Source: Macrostomum lignano (lineage: Eukaryota). From it: a stretch of DNA of 64,000 nucleotides. Under the pieces are notes generated by a model, which worked only from the letters and a program-made list of their open reading frames with translations, was not told the DNA's origin and searched no databases. The position numbers and the translations under genes are program-made. The stretch lies in the NCBI GenBank assembly GCA_002269645.1, contig NIVC01000717.1, positions 62,001-126,000 on the forward strand, given 5' to 3'. Positions 60,324 through 64,000 of the stretch are shown one piece after another (within the stretch, counting starts at the first letter, position 1; each line of letters begins with the position of its first letter).

Positions 60324-61154
60324 ATTTAGTTCTGTGAAATTTGCAGGATTGACTTTAGTTTGCCATTCAGTCCTAGCTATAGTTTAATCAATAAGTTTCT
60401 TCATTTTTCTCTGGGATGTCATATTTCTTCTCCTCCTCCAGGTGCACAAGGAAAGAGCATACACAGCTCTCATTGGCCCAGCAGGAAGTGGGAGAAGAGT
60501 AGAGAGGACTGAGCAACTCAGACCATCTTACTCTCTTAGAGACGAGCTTTTTTAGTGTACAGTTTTATGAAATCTATGCGAAGAAAGTCGTAAAAAGTAT
60601 TTTGAATAGGATTGAAAATTGTCGCAAATTGAGGGCAGTGGCAAAAATTAACTCTGCTTAGTGGATTTTAAACTCAAAATACGAACGACTAAGATACGCG
60701 CGTATTAGGACCGACTTAAGAATCTATTGGTCGTAAAAAACGCGCGTTGCATGTAAATAAAAAATGCGTTTGCAATTTCAATAAGTGCTCAACTCTCATG
60801 TCTCTCTCTGGACCGTGAGACTCGTCACCTTCACCTGGCATAAGTTCCGCCTTGCTGCATCGATAAAATAAATACAGAGCCTAAGGATTCCGAGTGGCGC
60901 ATGGTTTTGTTTGCTCAACCCATCGATCGATTCAGCAGAGAATTCGCGTTCTTCATCAGAGCCCGCAGCTGTTTGGTTCTCTGAAGGAACTTATTATCGA
61001 GTGCTCGAAGCTTTTCATGCACTTTTCTGGCTAAACTATTGCACAACAAAACTATTGTACATAGACGCTAAAAGCCGCTAAAATCTCAAAGCAATAAATT
61101 GTTGTTTATTAATTGTTGAAAATGCTTGTTACTCGTTGAGGGGCTGTACATGTA

Positions 61155-61467
61155 GCTCGTAGCCCAGTGGTTAGAGCGTCGGACTCACGACTGATAGGTC
61201 GGGGGTTCGATTCCCGAACCACTCGTAACAATTTGTGTCCTTGAACAAAACACTTAACTTTACATTGCTTCAGTTCACCCAGCTGTAAAATTGGTGCCAG
61301 CATTAGCTGGGATAATTGAGGATGTGTGTGGCGACCCCCCAATACTTGGACTGAACAGCCGTACGCAGCCTTCAGATGCGCCGCGCAATAGCTGCGGCTG
61401 AGCTGTCGGTTGCACATCTGGCCCAATTGGGGCAGGTCCAATCAATTATTATTATATTATTATTATT
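61155..61467 (+). mobile_element. tRNA-derived SINE, copy 4 (apparently full length)
   Basis: A box TAGCCCAGTGG, B box GGTTCGATTCC, central GTGTCCTTGAACAAAACACTTAAC, 3' body and (ATT)n tail. Confidence 0.9.
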
Positions 61468-62296
61468 GTGAAAATGGATGCCTCTTTTAGCTGGGAAACT
61501 CATTTCTACTGGAAATAAATATTCAATAACTGCTTTAAGTAGGTAATGTAAATAGAAACATCTCTAAGTTAAAAAAATTGCATGTAAAATATCCAAGAGT
61601 AAACGTCACTGGTGGTTTTTGTTGCTATGGCTATCTGATATTAGTAAGTCTCTCAATCGTTCCACCCCGAGACTAACAGTCATGTTCCTAGGTACGCTTT
61701 GAAAGCAGTTGTACACAAGAATAAGCGCATTGTATCTAATTAAAGTGACAACAAGTTTTAAATGAATTGCTAAAGTTTTGGTCACAGTCAAAATAGTTTC
61801 ACATGTACGAAAATTGCAGATCCATGCGAACAAATCGGCTCTGCTCACGGCTTCTGACAGCAAGCTGGGCAATTAACAGCTGCCCACAAATTTTAATACA
61901 CATTATAAGCTTAATTTGGCTCATCTGCTGAATCGACATTTCTTGCCAAATGTGCCCCGAGGCAGTTGTCAACCCTGGGCTCAGCTTCAACAGAATTATT
62001 GTTTACATGACTATGCCAGTTTTCACACGGCACAGCAAGCCAAGCGTCACTCTGCAGCGGAAGAGATCGGATCAGTCTGATTAGCCGGTTGGTTTCCAAC
62101 AGAATTATGGTGGGCTAGTGCGCAGATGGAATTTATTAAATGTGCGTTTAAAACTGGCAGAACAAGCTTAATATCTGATACGATTATAGCCAGGCACAGA
62201 ATAGCAATTGCTTGCTAAGCAGCTTCAATTGTCATTCGATTCGTATTCGAAGAACCAGCTTGCAAAAAGTCCTAAAGAGAGAGATTCGTCCTAACA

Positions 62297-64000
62297 ATGA
62301 CTGTCTCAGTGGCTCCAACTGCGACCCTGTGAGTAAACTGTTATTTGATAACATTGCCTTTATTTTGCTGTGAGCACTGCACTAAATTAAGGTGATAGTC
62401 AAGTAGTCAAGCACATTCAGCTTGCTCCTGAGTCAAACACGTACTTGCAGATGCAACACGAATCGCACAACAACCCCACTCTAATCGTCCGGTGCTAAGC
62501 TACTCAAAATCCATTTGATTATGCAATTAATTTTTTGTTTTTTTGGGAGAGTAAAAGCTGATTACTAAACTATTCTCTGCACAAAATTAACGCAGGTGCT
62601 ACCACAAGATCAATGGTCCCACTGCCGAGAGTCTATTGGCAACTCACGGCGTTGAGGGCGCCTTCCTGCTTCGTCCCAGCTCCAAATCTCGAGACGGCAC
62701 CGGAGCTCAGGCCACGGTGCTGTCTGTGCTGCACCGAGCCAAAGTTATTCACGTGAAGATCGTTTCGAACGGCGAGGTCTGCCAGCTGGAGGGCGACACG
62801 GAACAGTTTGCGTCCCCTTTCGAGATCATTCAGCATTATACCTCTGGCAAGCACACTCTTAACCTGTCTAATCACGTGCAGGTGAGGCTTAGCCAGCCGA
62901 TATTCAAGGACAATCCGGTGTTCCTGGACGATCGCTGGTTTCACCGAAACATCAACGGAAAGCGGGCTGCCGCATTGCTTGATGGCAAGTCGGAGGGCAG
63001 CTTCTTGATCCGATTGGCTGCCCACGGCGAGCCTTTGTACGTGATCTCAATGGTAGGCCCGGACAACAAGGTGGTGCACGTGCAGATTCGCAAAGGTCAG
63101 GACTCGCGTGGTCAGCAAAAGTTTCACGTGTCACAGGACAGCACCTTTGTTTCAGTCCAAGAATTGGTCAGCTTCTACAAAGAACGCAGCATGGTGGACT
63201 CGAACGGCATCCAATACAAGCTTAAAAAACCTGTTAACACGTCAAGTCTGAAGGCGACAACCATCAAGCATCGCATCAACGATCTTGGCCACTCGGAGGA
63301 GGGCGGCTTCAGCGACGAGTACATGCAGTTGACAAAGTTCGACGAAGACAACCGCGAGAGGCCCAAGACTGAAGGCTTCAAAGCAGCCAATCGAAACAAA
63401 AACCGCTTCAAGAACATTCTGCCTTATGATGAAACGCGCGTGAAACTCACCGACACTGTTGAGCCACCGCTAAACGATTACGTGAATGCCAACTACATTC
63501 GACCTGATCTACACTTGCCGAACCACAATGTCTATATAGCCAGTCAGGGGCCGCTGCAGGCCACTGTCGTGGACTTCTGGCGCATGGTGTGGCAAGAGAA
63601 GGTCGAAGTGATCGTCATGACAACTAAGGAGGTTGAGGGCGGCAAGAGCAAGTGCGCCAAGTATTGGTCGACACGCGCTGACCCGGTCAAACAGGTTGAA
63701 ATCGGCGAGTCCGGCGGCGCTTTTATTATTCGCTACCTCGACGAAACTCTGAAGCATGACTACACCTTGACTAAACTGGAGGTGAGCCACAGCGCACGCA
63801 AAGAGCCACCGCGGTTGGTTTATCACTTCCAGTACCTGGCCTGGCCAGACCACAGCGTGCCAACGGACCCGACCTCCATTCTGACTCTGCTGCGCGACAT
63901 GAACCAGCTAGTGGACCGGATTCGGGCCGGCAAGCCGCGCCCCGGTCCACCAATTGTGGTGCACTGCAGCGCGGGAATTGGTCGCACTGGCACCTTCATA
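62297..64000 (+). CDS. SHP2/corkscrew-like SH2-SH2-PTP tyrosine phosphatase, 3'-partial; exon 1 62297-62328, exon 2 62596 to beyond 64000
   Basis: MTVSVAPTATL|CYHKINGPTAESLL..GAFLLRPS (N-SH2), RWFHRNINGKRAAALL..GSFLIR (C-SH2), KNRFKNILPYDETRV, DYVNANY, IASQGPL..T..DFWRMVWQE, KCAKYW, WPDHSVP, VVHCSAGIGRTGTFI. Phase-2 GTGAGT donor matches the CGCAG|G acceptor. Absent from the ORF track because it runs off the window. PTPN11/PTPN6 family, orthology not established. Confidence 0.92.

Noticed and set aside
61155-61230. Functional tRNA-Val(CAC) gene
   Set aside because: Anticodon and acceptor stems do not pair, and the sequence continues into a SINE body present in four copies. Degenerate tRNA-like bits at about 49470 and 56670 are rejected likewise.
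62633-63953. Minus-strand ORFs of 60-130 aa at the right end
   Set aside because: Antisense shadows of the plus-strand SH2-SH2-PTP coding exon.

Overview
Eukaryotic (spliceosomal GT-AG introns, SINE/LINE remnants, abundant mini- and microsatellites) invertebrate genomic DNA. Gene style and repeat load fit a free-living flatworm such as Macrostomum, but this is inference. Eight host genes could be reconstructed by hand: (1) an ankyrin-repeat TRP channel (minus, 1-5058) whose pore module looks TRPM/TRPN-like, interrupted by two mutually compensating 1-nt homopolymer frameshifts; (2,3) a head-to-head inverted pair of DM9-repeat lectin genes; (4,5) a head-to-head inverted pair of CRAL-TRIO lipid-binding genes; (6) a 6-exon TOM70 gene in which every intron is filled by a minisatellite; (7) a 13-exon variant ionotropic glutamate receptor lacking the canonical glutamate-binding Arg; (8) an SHP2/PTPN11-like double-SH2 phosphatase running off the right end. 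Intron 10 of the receptor holds an apparently intact Crypton-type tyrosine-recombinase transposon with its own intron and 11 copies of a CGTGCAGGAA motif arranged as palindromes. Also present: two sets of nested DNA transposons with visible TSDs, a 2-kb non-coding repeat in two copies, four tRNA-derived SINEs and three fragments of an RNase H-bearing LINE clade. No CRISPR, rRNA or bona fide tRNA gene is supported. The best candidates for something new are the ankyrin + TRPM-like channel, the Crypton and its motif array, and the two palindromic gene pairs that differ almost only in short putative ligand-contacting patches.
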